DNA of 64,000 nucleotides from Sphingomonadaceae bacterium (lineage in GTDB: Bacteria > Pseudomonadota > Alphaproteobacteria > Sphingomonadales > Sphingomonadaceae): the NCBI GenBank assembly GCA_041396905.1, contig JAWKXQ010000009.1:26223-90222 (forward strand), in the 5' to 3' direction. The translations under genes were made by a program, and so were the position numbers. Under the pieces are notes generated by a model. The model was given only the letters and a program-made list of their open reading frames with translations, searched no databases and was not told the origin of the DNA. Shown here one piece after another: positions 63,142 to 64,000 of this stretch. How positions within the stretch are numbered: position 1 is the first letter of the stretch; each line of letters opens with the position of its first letter.

Positions 63142-64000
63142 ATGCTCGAGCCACTTTTTGAACCGATCCAGCTAGGCGCGCTTTCGCTCCGCAACCGCAT
63201 TATCATGGCGCCGATGACCCGCGACCGCGCGGGGCCGGGCGATGTGCCCTCGGATATCATGGTGGAATATTACCACCAACGCGCGGGTGCTGGCATGATC
63301 GTGACAGAGGGCGCGCAGCCCAGCGCGGTGGGCAAGGGCTATTGGCGCACGCCGGGGATTCACTCCGCTGAACAGATTAAGGGCTGGCGGCGCGTGGCCG
63401 ATGCCGTGCATGCCGAAGGCGGGACGATCGTGATGCAGCTGATGCATTGCGGGCGGGTGGTTGTTCCCGCCAATCGCGGTTTCGAGGCAGACATCATCGC
63501 GCCCAGTGCAATTGACTGTCCGGCCAGGGTTCCCGGCCCGGATGGGGTTCCCGTACCGACCGGTTCGGCCCGCGCGCTGGACCCCTCGGAATTGCCTGCG
63601 CTGGCTGAAGAATATGCGCAGGCCGCTCGCAATGCGCGCGAAGCGGGGATTGACGGGGTGGAGTTGCATTGCGCCAGCGGCTATCTGATCAACCAGTTCC
63701 TCAATCCCGCGAGCAATCAACGCGAGGACGAATTTGGCGGATCACCGGAAAACCGTGCACGCTTCCCGGTCATGGTGCTGCAGGCGCTGGCCGATGCTAT
63801 TGGCGCGGACCGGGTGGGTTTCCGCATCTCGCCGGGTAATGGCTATAACGGGATGGACGTGTCCGATCCCTGGGCCACCTTTACACCCTTCCTGCAGGCG
63901 GCGGACAGGCTGGGCCTCGCTTTCCTGCATGTGGTGGATATGGGTGAAGACTGCCCGGATACGCTGGGGCATATTCGGCGGGCCTATACCGGGGCGGTGA
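63142..64000 (+). CDS. Old-yellow-enzyme-family NADH:flavin oxidoreductase (NemA/alkene reductase-like), 3-prime partial
   Basis: Not in the supplied ORF track because it runs off the window. My translation from the ATG at 63142 gives MLEPLFEPIQLGALSLRNRIIMAPMTRDRA...MIVTEGAQPS...ELHCASGYLINQFLNP, a classic OYE signature. Confidence 0.85.
   Translation, partial: MLEPLFEPIQLGALSLRNRIIMAPMTRDRAGPGDVPSDIMVEYYHQRAGAGMIVTEGAQPSAVGKGYWRTPGIHSAEQIKGWRRVADAVHAEGGTIVMQLMHCGRVVVPANRGFEADIIAPSAIDCPARVPGPDGVPVPTGSARALDPSELPALAEEYAQAARNAREAGIDGVELHCASGYLINQFLNPASNQREDEFGGSPENRARFPVMVLQALADAIGADRVGFRISPGNGYNGMDVSDPWATFTPFLQAADRLGLAFLHVVDMGEDCPDTLGHIRRAYTGAV

Noticed and set aside
1-64000. Searched by eye for CRISPR arrays, tRNA/rRNA genes, IS elements, integrases, toxin-antitoxin or phage-defence genes
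   Set aside because: I found no direct-repeat arrays, no cloverleaf-like or rRNA-like segments, and no transposase-, integrase- or nuclease-like ORFs. Essentially all long ORFs have metabolic, transport or regulatory signatures. An exhaustive computational scan was not possible.

Overview
High-GC alphaproteobacterial DNA (sphingomonad-like; inferred from composition and TonB-receptor content) that is almost entirely a steroid/bile-salt catabolic supercluster. I found no rRNA, tRNA, CRISPR, transposase or integrase. From 2431 to 19793 on the minus strand there is a 19-gene, translationally coupled operon. It carries ring C/D (HIP-type) beta-oxidation genes (CoA ligase, two thiolases, four acyl-CoA dehydrogenases, IpdAB CoA-transferase, IpdC-like flavoenzyme, two crotonases, SDRs, MaoC hydratase), a textbook 3-ketosteroid delta5-isomerase and an extradiol dioxygenase. 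Divergent from it lie hsaA-hsaD-hsaE-hsaG-hsaF-type meta-cleavage genes and a KstD/TesI-like flavoprotein. The rest is an accessory mosaic:
- 11 SDRs in total, and four BaiE/SnoaL_4-like NTF2 proteins in addition to KSI
- a KstD, two old-yellow-enzyme-type flavoproteins, and a Baeyer-Villiger monooxygenase with an esterase
- a Coq4-like/D-aminoacylase-like gene pair
- a module of two CoA ligases, an amidohydrolase_2, a KshA-like Rieske oxygenase, a Tat-exported amidase, an SDR and an MFS transporter
- two overlapping Lrp/AsnC regulators, a second KshA-like oxygenase and two TonB-dependent receptors
- a visibly lower-GC block (about 56.2-62.3 kb) with a TonB receptor, an SCP2-less alkylsulfatase-type MBL hydrolase and an unrecognisable 602-aa secreted protein

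The main non-coding signal is a 32-bp palindrome, TTGCGTAA-N16-TTACGCAA, in at least six promoter regions. This suggests one regulon with an unidentified regulator. All functional calls rest on motif recognition and remembered family sequences. No database search was possible.
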